Positions 17,412-26,037 of a stretch of 64,000 bases of DNA are shown in pieces (the stretch's first letter is position 1; every line of letters starts with the position of its first letter). Source of the stretch: a virus. The DNA is taken from the IMG/VR virus record IMGVR_UViG_3300040959_000809; one strand, given 5' to 3'. The notes beneath the pieces were generated by a model that had not been told where the DNA came from, did no database searches, and worked only from the letters and a program-made list of their open reading frames with translations. The translations under genes and the position numbers were made by a program.

Positions 17412-18009
17412 CGGACCTCCTGCCTCTGGTAAGGATGCAGGAACCGCTTATTTTAAAAATAATTTTGGTTATGAGCATCTCAGCTTTAAGTATCAATTGT
17501 TTAAGGAATGCTTTAAACTATTTGATGTGACAAAGGAATGGTTTATGGAAGGCTATGATAATCGCCAAATCAAGGAAGCACCTAGTGTACATCTTGGTGG
17601 TCTTTCGCGTAGAGAGGCAATGATTTATACCTCCGAAAACCATATCAAACCCAAATACGGTAAATCGTTTTTTGGTGATAAAGTTGCCGAAGAGATTGAT
17701 ATTACCAAGAATTATGCAGTCTCTGATGGCGGTTTTATGGAAGAACTGTATCCGATTATAAATAAAGTTGGATACGATAATATGGTATTGGTTCAATTGG
17801 TTCGTGATGATTGTTCATACAGTTCAGATTCTCGGCGATACTTTAACGGTAAGCCACTTGAGAAATTTGTAATCTCTCACGAAACTCCTATTGTTCAAGA
17901 GGATATCCTTCCCGAGGAAATTCCTATTCTGACATATAGGATTTACAATAATGGAACTCTACCAGATTTTAATTCAACATTAACTGAAATATATAATAAA
18001 CTAAACTGA
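17395..18009 (+). CDS. P-loop kinase, deoxynucleoside monophosphate kinase-like (T4 gp1-like)
   Basis: FNGPPASGKD Walker A, SRREAMI, VSDGGF. Confidence 0.65.
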   Translation: MIVIFNGPPASGKDAGTAYFKNNFGYEHLSFKYQLFKECFKLFDVTKEWFMEGYDNRQIKEAPSVHLGGLSRREAMIYTSENHIKPKYGKSFFGDKVAEEIDITKNYAVSDGGFMEELYPIINKVGYDNMVLVQLVRDDCSYSSDSRRYFNGKPLEKFVISHETPIVQEDILPEEIPILTYRIYNNGTLPDFNSTLTEIYNKLN

Positions 18010-18019
18010 GGAATATATT

Positions 18020-18283
18020 ATGAAAACTAGAAGCGAAATTTTAACAGCACTGAACGAAGGTGTGTGTATTGTAAACTTCACCAAGCAAAATGGTGAGTCA
18101 CGCGTAATGCAATGTACCCTTAACGAGGCCATTGTTCCCCCAGCCGAAAAAGCAGATCCTTTAACTCAGAAAAAAGTTCGTTCTGTTTCTGAGGAAGTCG
18201 TTGTCTGTTGGGACATCGAAAAGGAAGGTTGGAGATCTTTCCGGATGGATAGTGTAAATGCTTTTGATTCAGTAGCAATCTAA
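18020..18283 (+). CDS. WYL_2/DUF2693-like SH3 beta-barrel protein
   Basis: VNFTKQNGESRVMQCTLN...CWDIEKEGWRSFRMD. Confidence 0.75.
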   Translation: MKTRSEILTALNEGVCIVNFTKQNGESRVMQCTLNEAIVPPAEKADPLTQKKVRSVSEEVVVCWDIEKEGWRSFRMDSVNAFDSVAI

Positions 18284-18304
18284 ACATAAAAAGGTAATAA
18301 AAAT

Positions 18305-19258
18305 ATGAGTTGTTTGTACAAAGGGAAAGTTGTAGAATCTGAACTATCCAAGAATGCTCGTGGTGGAAGTGAAATGATGAGAGACCGTCTGCTTAATAGC
18401 GCGGATCCCATCCTTTTAGATAAGGTAGCAATTCATCTTTCCAGACCACGGGAATTGTACGAGGATGTCCCTAATATTCTATGGTGTCATGATCTAGCCG
18501 AAGATCCTGAAAACGAAATCCTCAAGGATGGTGGTTGGAAAAAATTTGACCACTTTATATTTGTCACCGCTTGGCAACGTGATCAGTATGTAGTACGATA
18601 TGGAATTCCATACTCAGAATGTACTGTGATCTATAATGCTATTGAGAAGACATATGATCCCAAGGAAAAGAATACTGATACTATAAGATTTGTTTATCAC
18701 ACCACTCCACATCGTGGGCTGGAATTGTTGGTACCTATCTTTGAGGCTCTTGCTCAACAGTTTCCGAATATTCATCTCGATGTGTATTCAGGGTTTGATA
18801 TCTATGGATGGCAAGATCGTGATGAGCCTTACAAAGGTCTTTACACCAGGATTGATTCTCATCCTAATATGACGTATCATGGGGTCCAGGATAATGAGAC
18901 TGTGCTAAAAGCACTTGAAAGTGCTCACGTGTTCCTATATCCAAACATTTGGCGTGAGACGTCTTGCATCGCACTCATCGAGGCAATTAAAAGTCAGGTG
19001 ATTTGTATCCATCCAAATCTTGGTGCCTTACCAGAGACAGCGACAAACGCAACTATTATGTATGATTTTAATGAGGATCCAAAGATCCATGCAAATTATG
19101 CATATGCAATTACTGCTCAACTTCTTGTGGCAATGCAGAATGATGAAAATTATTTTAATAAGTGGACATATTCTGATCGCTTTGCCTTGGCAAGAAACAG
19201 CATAGAGTCGTTTGCAACTGTGTGGAATCAAACACTTAGGAATATTACAGATGTCTGA
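18305..19258 (+). CDS. Glycosyltransferase, GT-B fold (GT4-like)
   Basis: GGSE, LWCHD, TPHRGLELL, ETSCIALIEA. Confidence 0.85.
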   Translation: MSCLYKGKVVESELSKNARGGSEMMRDRLLNSADPILLDKVAIHLSRPRELYEDVPNILWCHDLAEDPENEILKDGGWKKFDHFIFVTAWQRDQYVVRYGIPYSECTVIYNAIEKTYDPKEKNTDTIRFVYHTTPHRGLELLVPIFEALAQQFPNIHLDVYSGFDIYGWQDRDEPYKGLYTRIDSHPNMTYHGVQDNETVLKALESAHVFLYPNIWRETSCIALIEAIKSQVICIHPNLGALPETATNATIMYDFNEDPKIHANYAYAITAQLLVAMQNDENYFNKWTYSDRFALARNSIESFATVWNQTLRNITDV

Positions 19259-19586
19259 TAACATCATCCAGTTCCCAAAATTTGGGCCTGGGCCCTCGTC
19301 TCCTGAGGAACTTGCAGAAATGCTACAGGATTATAAAGAGGACTTTGCAAATGAAATAGCTGAGATGTTATGGAATCACGTAATTGGTGAGCTCCATAGG
19401 GCTGGATGTGATTTTCATACTGACATAGAAAGGTACTTTCCTTCAATGCTGTTGGTATTAGAATCCATTCGGTCCTTGCATTTGCAGTCACAGGGTGTAT
19501 ATCATCCACTCCAAGAAGTTGCTAAAGAGTCAGTCAACCCAGATGATCTGAAAAAAATGGTTGACATTAGTGAAGATTTGGATTAA
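19251..19586 (+). CDS. Hypothetical protein
   Basis: Start at MSDNIIQFPK; ends KKMVDISEDLD, which overlaps a promoter. Confidence 0.65.
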   Translation: MSDNIIQFPKFGPGPSSPEELAEMLQDYKEDFANEIAEMLWNHVIGELHRAGCDFHTDIERYFPSMLLVLESIRSLHLQSQGVYHPLQEVAKESVNPDDLKKMVDISEDLD

Positions 19587-19589
19587 TAT
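19561..19589 (+). promoter_or_regulatory. Early promoter for RNase H, embedded in the upstream ORF
   Basis: AAAAAAATGG-TTGACA-17 nt-TAATAT. Confidence 0.7.
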
Positions 19590-19622
19590 AGTAGTATTAT
19601 ATCAAATAAAACGGAAAATATT

Positions 19623-20483
19623 ATGGCAATACTAATTGATTATAACCAAGTAATGCTGGCAAACCTATTTGCTAGTATCGGTAACCACACCAATGTGGAG
19701 GTTGACGAGAGTCTTATCCGCCACATGTTTCTAAGTTCTCTCCTACGAATTCGTAAAAAGTTTAATGATGAGTATGGTGAGATTGTTTTATGTGCTGATG
19801 CTAAAAATGTCTGGCGCAAGGATGTGTATCCTTATTATAAGGCGAATCGGCGTAAATCACGAGATGAATCTGATCTTGATTGGAATCAACTTTTTAATGT
19901 GATGCACAAAATTCGTGAGGAGGTTGCTGATAACTTCCCTTATAAGGTACTATGGATTGAGAAATGTGAAGCAGACGATATCATTGCCACCATTTGCCAC
20001 GACAACGGCACCGAACTCAATACTGGTTCTGAAAAGTATCTTATTGTTTCTGGTGACAAGGATTACATTCAGTTACATGTTTACGCAAATATTGATCAAT
20101 ATGATCCTATCCGTAAGCGTTGGATTAAAAATAATGATCCAAATAAATACCTGCAGGAACATATTTTAAAGGGTGATTCTGGTGATGGAGTACCTAATGT
20201 GCTGTCTCCAGACAATTGTCTTGCTATAGGTGAGCGCCAGCGGCCTATGACATCAAAACGATTGAATGTTTTATTGGAAGGTACTGATAACATGGATGAG
20301 GAAACTCTTCGTCGGTATCACCGTAATAAGATGATGATTGACCTTAATGATATTCCTGATAATTACAAGACTATCATTCGTGAACAGTTTAACAAGGAAA
20401 AAGCTATCGGCAGAGAGGGGTTATTTAATTACTTCGTACAGAACAAATTAAAGAATCTTATGACCGACATACAGGATTTTTAA
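19623..20483 (+). CDS. rnh: T4 RNase H (5'-3' exonuclease, FEN-1 family)
   Basis: ILIDYNQ, YYKANR, EADDII, SGDKDYIQL, GDSGDGVPN. Confidence 0.95.
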   Translation: MAILIDYNQVMLANLFASIGNHTNVEVDESLIRHMFLSSLLRIRKKFNDEYGEIVLCADAKNVWRKDVYPYYKANRRKSRDESDLDWNQLFNVMHKIREEVADNFPYKVLWIEKCEADDIIATICHDNGTELNTGSEKYLIVSGDKDYIQLHVYANIDQYDPIRKRWIKNNDPNKYLQEHILKGDSGDGVPNVLSPDNCLAIGERQRPMTSKRLNVLLEGTDNMDEETLRRYHRNKMMIDLNDIPDNYKTIIREQFNKEKAIGREGLFNYFVQNKLKNLMTDIQDF

Positions 20484-20486
20484 AAC

Positions 20487-20921
20487 ATGAAACTTTCTAT
20501 TTCTGAAATTTTAACCAAAGCAGCAACCGAAAAGAAAAAAGCAGATAAGGTTGATTGGTTACGTAAAAATGATTCGCCGCAGATTCGAATGATTTTACGA
20601 CTCACATATGATGAGAATATAAAATTTCTTATACCAGACACTGCTCCTCCATGGACAAGAAATGAGTTTGAGGATGAAGCAAAGCCATTGCTCTTCAGAG
20701 AGGCAAGGCGGCTTAAGATTTTTGTAGAGGGTGGAGGCTATGACACCATCCATCCAATCAAACGCGAAACACTATTCATCCAACTACTACAGGATATTGA
20801 TAACAATGACGCTGAATTGTTAGCAAACAATATGATAGCTCATAAACCAATTAAAGGGTTGACTCGAAAGACTGTTGAGGAATCATATCCTAATCTATTT
20901 ACTTCTCCACTAAAAATATAA
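20487..20921 (+). CDS. Hypothetical protein of a type commonly following rnh in T4-like phages
   Basis: LISEIL..KKADKVDWL, RETLFIQLL pattern; SD and operon position. Confidence 0.7.
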   Translation: MKLSISEILTKAATEKKKADKVDWLRKNDSPQIRMILRLTYDENIKFLIPDTAPPWTRNEFEDEAKPLLFREARRLKIFVEGGGYDTIHPIKRETLFIQLLQDIDNNDAELLANNMIAHKPIKGLTRKTVEESYPNLFTSPLKI

Positions 20922-20939
20922 GGACCAATAGGAAGAAAA

Positions 20940-21113
20940 ATGGCAAAGCGATTCAAAAATCTGCGTAGTGGTACTCCACAGTATGATGATGACTGGGGAC
21001 CCAAAAATGAAGATCGTTGGAAAGAAAAGCAACGTGGTAAGAAACGTACACAAAAGCGGAAGCATAAGCACCGTGAAAAGTTTCAGAACTTTAAGGACTT
21101 CAACGAGACGTAA
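20940..21113 (+). CDS. 57-aa basic micro-protein
   Basis: Hand translation MAKRFKNLRSGTPQYDDDWGPKNEDRWKEKQRGKKRTQKRKHKHREKFQNFKDFNET*; preferred over track ORF 20968. Confidence 0.6.
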   Translation: MAKRFKNLRSGTPQYDDDWGPKNEDRWKEKQRGKKRTQKRKHKHREKFQNFKDFNET

Positions 21114-21153
21114 AAATATTTTAAATTATTTTAAATTATTTTCGTTAGAGGGG

Positions 21154-21181
21154 TTGACATTTCCTAGAAAGGTGTTATATT
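21154..21181 (+). promoter_or_regulatory. Early promoter
   Basis: GGGG-TTGACA-16 nt-TATATT with upstream TTAAATTATT tandem. Confidence 0.6.
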
Positions 21182-21210
21182 AATACTATGATTATGATAA
21201 AGGAAATGAA

Positions 21211-21792
21211 ATGACAATAAGTGATAAATTGATTCTCATCGACTGTGATGGTGTAGTACTTGATTGGGAATATGCATTTGATGCATGGATGAAGCGACAC
21301 AACTATGTAAAAGAAGTTGAAGGCGCTTATGATATGGACATTGCATATAATATGCCGTCAGTTGAGATCAAGCGTTTGATCCGAATGTTTAATGAAAGTG
21401 CTACCATCCGTAAATTACCACCCCTCCGTGACGCTATTAAATATATCAAAAAGCTTCACGAGGAACATGGATATATTTTCCATGCCATTACTAGTCTTAG
21501 TAATGATCAATACGCTCAACATTTACGGACTAAGAATCTCCGTGAGCTGTTCGGCGATACCGTATTTGAAAAATACATATATTTAGATACAGGTGAAGAT
21601 AAGGACAATGAGCTCATTCGGTACGAAGGTACCGGCTGCTTTTGGGTTGAAGATAAAATCCAGAACGTAGATTGTGGAATTGGCTTTGGTCTACAAGGTA
21701 TCCTTATGGCTCATCAACATAACTCAGGTTATACCGGTGAAGCACTTCGTGTACAAAATTGGAAAGAAATTTACGATCATATTGTTGGTTGA
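21211..21792 (+). CDS. HAD-superfamily 5'-nucleotidase-like phosphatase
   Basis: LIDCDGVVLD, AITS, WVED. Confidence 0.82.
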   Translation: MTISDKLILIDCDGVVLDWEYAFDAWMKRHNYVKEVEGAYDMDIAYNMPSVEIKRLIRMFNESATIRKLPPLRDAIKYIKKLHEEHGYIFHAITSLSNDQYAQHLRTKNLRELFGDTVFEKYIYLDTGEDKDNELIRYEGTGCFWVEDKIQNVDCGIGFGLQGILMAHQHNSGYTGEALRVQNWKEIYDHIVG

Positions 21793-21794
21793 TG

Positions 21795-21802
21795 TATAAA
21801 TA
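21795..21802 (+). promoter_or_regulatory. T4-type late promoter TATAAATA
   Basis: Exact motif just after the HAD gene stop. Confidence 0.6.
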
Positions 21803-21832
21803 CATTCAACAGGTTAATTTTATTATGTTCAA

Positions 21833-21867
21833 GAGGTGGCCTGTGATACCGGGCTGCCTCTTTTTTT
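21833..21867 (+). terminator. Intrinsic terminator
   Basis: GAGGTGGCCT-gtgatacc-GGGCTGCCTC then T7; 10-bp stem with three G-U pairs. Confidence 0.8.
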
Positions 21868-21882
21868 AACTCAGGAGAATGA

Positions 21883-22134
21883 ATGCCTACCTATAACTTT
21901 AAAAATGATAAAACTGATGAAATTATAGAACTCTTCCTCTCGATGGGAGAGCGAGAAGAATACCTCAAAAATAACCCCCACATGTCTCAAATCCTTTTAA
22001 AGCCGCCAAACGTGGATGCAGGCGGCCGTATCACTGTTGGTAAGCCCGACAGTGGCTTTCGTGATGTTTTAAAGAATATTAAGTCGCACCATCCCGGTTC
22101 GCGTTCAATTAAAAACACAATCAATGATTGGTAG
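21883..22134 (+). CDS. Small conserved protein (FmdB-like, Cys-less)
   Basis: MPTYNFKN..T.E...LSM.ERE.YL..NP, GFRDVL..IK. Confidence 0.6.
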   Translation: MPTYNFKNDKTDEIIELFLSMGEREEYLKNNPHMSQILLKPPNVDAGGRITVGKPDSGFRDVLKNIKSHHPGSRSIKNTINDW

Positions 22135-22162
22135 TTCAATCATGCATTAAGGAGAGTCCAAT

Positions 22163-22921
22163 ATGGCATCAACGCAACGTCGTCTTTCAAAAAAACAGCA
22201 ACGTAAAGCGAATCAAAATCAAAATAGGCAACAAATGCTCATGAGAGAAATTGAACCTATGACTGATACGCAAGAAACTCTATTTGATTTATATGATGAA
22301 GATAATAATGTGGCTGCCATAGGTTCTGCTGGAACGGGAAAGACAATGTGTGCTTTATATTTAGCACTATCGGATGTACTAGAACTACCTGAATATGATA
22401 AAGTTATTATAATCAGGTCGGCAGTACAAACTAGAGAACAAGGTTTTATGCCTGGTTCAAAGGCACAAAAGGAAGCTGTGTTTACGGCACCATACGTCGA
22501 TATTGTAAATAATCTCTTTGGGAGAGGAGATGCCTGGGAAGTTTTAAAATCAAAACAACTTATTGAATTTATGACTTCGTCATTTGTACGAGGTCTTACA
22601 TTCGACAATGCAATTATAGTAGTAGATGAATGTCAGTCTATGACATACCACGAGCTTGATTCAATTATTACTCGGGTCGGTGAATCATCAAAAATTATTT
22701 TCTGTGGAGACACCGCACAAGATGATTTGGCGACATCCAGAAATAGAGCTGAGTTCTCCGGGCTGGTTGATTTCATTAAAGTACTTAGAAAAATTCCATC
22801 ATTTAAGGTGGTAAATTTTAAGACTGCTGACATCGTTCGCTCAGGTCTTGTAAAGGAATATATAATTGCAAAGGAAAACGAAAGTAGAAATCTTAGGCTG
22901 GTAGAACCAGTCCGTATGTGA
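22163..22921 (+). CDS. phoH: PhoH-like ATPase
   Basis: GSAGTGKT, QGFMPG, FVRGLTFDNA, VDECQ, GDTAQ, DIVRSGLVK. Confidence 0.95.
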   Translation: MASTQRRLSKKQQRKANQNQNRQQMLMREIEPMTDTQETLFDLYDEDNNVAAIGSAGTGKTMCALYLALSDVLELPEYDKVIIIRSAVQTREQGFMPGSKAQKEAVFTAPYVDIVNNLFGRGDAWEVLKSKQLIEFMTSSFVRGLTFDNAIIVVDECQSMTYHELDSIITRVGESSKIIFCGDTAQDDLATSRNRAEFSGLVDFIKVLRKIPSFKVVNFKTADIVRSGLVKEYIIAKENESRNLRLVEPVRM

Positions 22922-22928
22922 GGATAAT

Positions 22929-23621
22929 ATGGTAGATTATGTGATTGCAGGTGGTAATAATTATACAGTAGTGGATCTGGGAGATCCGGATCCACTCACT
23001 GAATTCCCGGAAATATTTGGGAATGAAAACTTTTCATATGTAGTGTCATTTACACAGCCAGATGCTACAGACTATCTTGGTATTACAGTAAATAGCAAAC
23101 CAGACTGGGTTTCTGCTACAGCAGTAAGTAATAATCAGATATGGATAACAAGAGATCCGGCATATACAATCTTTCCTGGTGAAGCATATGTATTGACTCA
23201 GTATCCTACTGGCTATGAAAGTGAAACAGTTACCACGGTGACACCTGGTGAGTGGGAACTCTTGCCAAACAAAGAAGATTACATTTTGAATTCCTGGACG
23301 ACACCATCCCAGGAAGAGGTGAGTGGTTCATATTCGTTTACTTTATCGTATGAATATCTTGATGAAGGATCTCCAACAACAGCATCAGTTGGTCCGAACT
23401 ATACTCAAAATTATGTGTGGAATGTACAAAACGCACTTCCCGGTTTCATAAATAGTCTTGATCAATCTATGCCACCAACTGATGATGCATTGCTTAACGA
23501 ATATGCAAATACTGATGCTCCATTTGACACAAGTAATACATTTACATCAACAACCGAGCTCAAGGACTTGTTGGCAAACACAGGCATAGACCCAACAGAA
23601 TTGGACAACGCACGACCATGA
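22929..23621 (+). CDS. Acidic beta-rich protein, possibly virion-associated
   Basis: Thr/Ser/aromatic-rich; translationally coupled to the PAAR gene. Confidence 0.5.
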   Translation: MVDYVIAGGNNYTVVDLGDPDPLTEFPEIFGNENFSYVVSFTQPDATDYLGITVNSKPDWVSATAVSNNQIWITRDPAYTIFPGEAYVLTQYPTGYESETVTTVTPGEWELLPNKEDYILNSWTTPSQEEVSGSYSFTLSYEYLDEGSPTTASVGPNYTQNYVWNVQNALPGFINSLDQSMPPTDDALLNEYANTDAPFDTSNTFTSTTELKDLLANTGIDPTELDNARP

Positions 23622-23923
23622 GACCAGTAGCAAGATGGCCAGTAGATAGAATAGCAACGGGGCACCTTTGTAGTGCTACCGCAAATATTGCCGGAGAATT
23701 TCAAATAGCAGTATTTGCAGGAGGGGAACCCATATCCTGCCCAGGTGATATCATCGGTGATCATACAATTAAAGTTGGCAAAGAATGCATATCTCATGCA
23801 GCAATTGTAAATGCCGGCTCACGTTTTGTTACTGCATTTGGTCGTCCTGTTGCAAGGATAGGAGACTCAGCCGATATGGGTAAAATCATTTCCGGAACCC
23901 CTCTGGTCCGTTGCGGCGGCTAG
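23618..23923 (+). CDS. PAAR-repeat spike-tip protein (gp5.4-like)
   Basis: GHLC, GEPISCPGD, H...C..H, GRPVARIGD. Confidence 0.8.
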   Translation: MRPVARWPVDRIATGHLCSATANIAGEFQIAVFAGGEPISCPGDIIGDHTIKVGKECISHAAIVNAGSRFVTAFGRPVARIGDSADMGKIISGTPLVRCGG

Positions 23924-23988
23924 ACTAAAGAAGACACACACACTGACAACACAGAACAGAAGCAATCAGTTACAGTGGAGTCTAATTA

Positions 23989-24198
23989 ATGAACAACACA
24001 CCGGCCACCCAAGTAACCATTAAAGAAGCATATCGTCTCTTTTGGATGGTTAAAGGACATCTGAATGTAGATGAAAAAACGGCACTGGGTTGTGCTGATT
24101 CATATTTTAACCGATTGTGGGGAAATACCGATGGCTTCTATAGATCTGATGGGTTTGATGAAGCTTGGGAGAAAAAAGTTAAAATAAATGCAAAATAA
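23989..24198 (+). CDS. Hypothetical protein
   Basis: AYRLFWMVKGHL motif; 3' end overlaps a promoter UP region. Confidence 0.6.
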   Translation: MNNTPATQVTIKEAYRLFWMVKGHLNVDEKTALGCADSYFNRLWGNTDGFYRSDGFDEAWEKKVKINAK

Positions 24199-24201
24199 TG
24201 G

Positions 24202-24230
24202 TTGACAGGGCATTCTAACGGTGTTATAAT
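24202..24230 (+). promoter_or_regulatory. Early promoter, extended -10
   Basis: TTGACA-17 nt-TATAAT with TGn. Confidence 0.8.
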
Positions 24231-24254
24231 ATGTAAAGAAATGAGGAATTTATT

Positions 24255-24914
24255 ATGTTTAACCACGTGAACCACGGTATAGTTTTACCTAAAATCGAAC
24301 GAAAGACCACCGAGGCTGGTCGCAAATACTTTACACCAGAGGGTGAAGCTTATCCTTCAATTACCACGGTGCTGTCAATTCTAAGCAAAGAAGCAATTCA
24401 GGCTTGGAGAGCACGGGTTGGTGCCGAGGAAGCCAATAAGATCTCTCGCCAGGCTGCCGGCCGTGGCACTGCAGTTCATAAACTAGCTGAGGACTATATT
24501 GATAATGTAGATGATTGGAAAGGCAAACAACAGCCCGCCAATCTGTTTATGTTTAATCAGATCAAACCAATCATTGATGAAAGCATCAATAACATCTGGT
24601 TCCAAGAGGCATTTCTATACAGCGATAAACTCAAGACTGCCGGACAGGTTGACTGTATCGCTGAATGGGATGGAGAATTATCAGTAATTGATTTTAAAAC
24701 ATCTCGCCGACCTAAAAAGATAGATCAAATTCAAAATTACTTTATGCAAGCATCCTTTTATGCCGCTGCATTTTTGGAACGAACTGGAGTGCCAATCAAA
24801 CAAGCAGTTATTCTGATTGCAGTGGATGATAATGAACCTCAAGTTTTTAAAATTAACACTTTCGATTACCTGGAGCACTTTTTAGCAGTACGGAAAAAGT
24901 TTGATGACTTATGA
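24255..24914 (+). CDS. PD-(D/E)XK exonuclease (Cas4-like family)
   Basis: YPSITTVL, RGTAVH, AGQVDCI, VIDFKTS, QASFYA. Confidence 0.9.
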   Translation: MFNHVNHGIVLPKIERKTTEAGRKYFTPEGEAYPSITTVLSILSKEAIQAWRARVGAEEANKISRQAAGRGTAVHKLAEDYIDNVDDWKGKQQPANLFMFNQIKPIIDESINNIWFQEAFLYSDKLKTAGQVDCIAEWDGELSVIDFKTSRRPKKIDQIQNYFMQASFYAAAFLERTGVPIKQAVILIAVDDNEPQVFKINTFDYLEHFLAVRKKFDDL

Positions 24915-25132
24915 TACAAGCACTAAAATGGATCGCAACAGCAATGTTCCTCACAGCAGGAACCCTCTTATCTCTTAACATTGTCATTTCAAAGATTGGA
25001 TTTATTCTCTTCTTTACTGGGCACATTATACTGTTCTTTTTGTTTCTAAGACTTAAGGACAATCCTATGATAGTACAGAATGGATTTTTCATAGTTATTG
25101 ACGCCATTGGTATATACAGATGGTGGTTTTAA
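24911..25132 (+). CDS. Small membrane protein
   Basis: Three hydrophobic segments in 73 aa. Confidence 0.6.
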   Translation: MIQALKWIATAMFLTAGTLLSLNIVISKIGFILFFTGHIILFFLFLRLKDNPMIVQNGFFIVIDAIGIYRWWF

Positions 25133-25140
25133 AAAAATTA

Positions 25141-25189
25141 AAATAAATGCAAATAAATGGTTGACATTTGCTCAGGATGGTATATATTA
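25141..25189 (+). promoter_or_regulatory. Early promoter cassette, copy A
   Basis: AAATAAATGCAAATAAATGG-TTGACA-16 nt-TATATT; 48/49 identical to 31778-31826. Confidence 0.85.
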
Positions 25190-25221
25190 GTATTATAACA
25201 CATTAATGAAAAGGTTTTACA

Positions 25222-25449
25222 ATGTTGGTTTTTTGTGACTATATAGCAGACCGAATAAAGCGTGGTCTGGAATTTGATATCCGTGCTAACAGACCCTATA
25301 CTAAAGTAGGTGAGGTGGGCCCTGTCAAAATGGATCTACATCTTACTGAAGGCTATTTCTTGTCTACTAAAAAGACAATCCACGTCTCTGATTTGAATGG
25401 CAAAATGTATAAAGTGACTATCGAAGAGGAAAATGATTATGAAAATTAA
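25222..25449 (+). CDS. Hypothetical early protein
   Basis: First ORF after the cassette; SD AAAGG. Confidence 0.65.
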   Translation: MLVFCDYIADRIKRGLEFDIRANRPYTKVGEVGPVKMDLHLTEGYFLSTKKTIHVSDLNGKMYKVTIEEENDYEN

Positions 25450-25600
25450 AGGTGCAATGACCGTACTACAACGTCGGGCTCAATTCTATGGCAAACCCCT
25501 TGGTTGGCTACTTGATGCAATGGAAGCAGGCATGGACGAAAACATGACTGTAACAAAGGCATTTGCTGTGTACAAAGCGGAGATGCTTCGTGGACTTTGA
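25439..25600 (+). CDS. 53-aa hypothetical early protein
   Basis: Hand translation MKIKGAMTVLQRRAQFYGKPLGWLLDAMEAGMDENMTVTKAFAVYKAEMLRGL*; SD GAGGA. Confidence 0.55.
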   Translation: MKIKGAMTVLQRRAQFYGKPLGWLLDAMEAGMDENMTVTKAFAVYKAEMLRGL

Positions 25601-25796
25601 TCAGCGGCATGGTGGGCCTTATGATAGAGGAACGGCTGATAGTTATTATGGCCGTGGGTTTAATCCTCACTATTTTAAAGGTTCATCATACCTATCAGAT
25701 GCTGTTATGATTGATGACATGACAGCAGAGGAAATTATGGCATATAAAACCGGCTATGATGATAATGAAACCGCCGGTAACTTTAAGGAGTGGTAA
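25590..25796 (+). CDS. Small hypothetical early protein
   Basis: RHGGPYDRGTADSYYGR motif; GTG start after SD GGAG. Confidence 0.6.
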   Translation: MDFDQRHGGPYDRGTADSYYGRGFNPHYFKGSSYLSDAVMIDDMTAEEIMAYKTGYDDNETAGNFKEW

Positions 25797-25929
25797 TGAT
25801 GATACAGAAAGTAATTTATGGCACAGCTGCGGCAATTGGGCTTGTATTATTTGGTTGGTATCTGATTCACATTTGGACTGATTGTTTGAATGAAAATTCA
25901 ATCTTTACTTGCATGCGTATGTTAAATAA

Positions 25930-26037
25930 ATGACATATATTGTAAACGGCAAAAAATTTGACTGTGTGTTTGATGCTATAGAATATAGAGATATTCTTGA
26001 TGCTCATTATATAAAGGTAGTATGGAGACAATTGTGA
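25930..26037 (+). CDS. 35-aa hypothetical protein
   Basis: Hand translation MTYIVNGKKFDCVFDAIEYRDILDAHYIKVVWRQL*; GTGA overlap with the next gene. Confidence 0.4.
   Translation: MTYIVNGKKFDCVFDAIEYRDILDAHYIKVVWRQL

Noticed and set aside
23924-23988. AC-rich spacer (GACACACACACTGACAACACAGAACAG) as a repeat element or ncRNA
   Set aside because: Short and unstructured; similar to the ACACACAGGAGA leader at about 27617, so most simply an unstructured translation leader
24255-24914. Cas4-like nuclease as part of a CRISPR system
   Set aside because: No repeat-spacer array or other cas genes seen; solo PD-(D/E)XK exonucleases are routine in T4-like phages
25797-25932. Possible small ORFs in two frames
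   Set aside because: Two competing short frames with no clear SD; cannot choose between them from sequence alone
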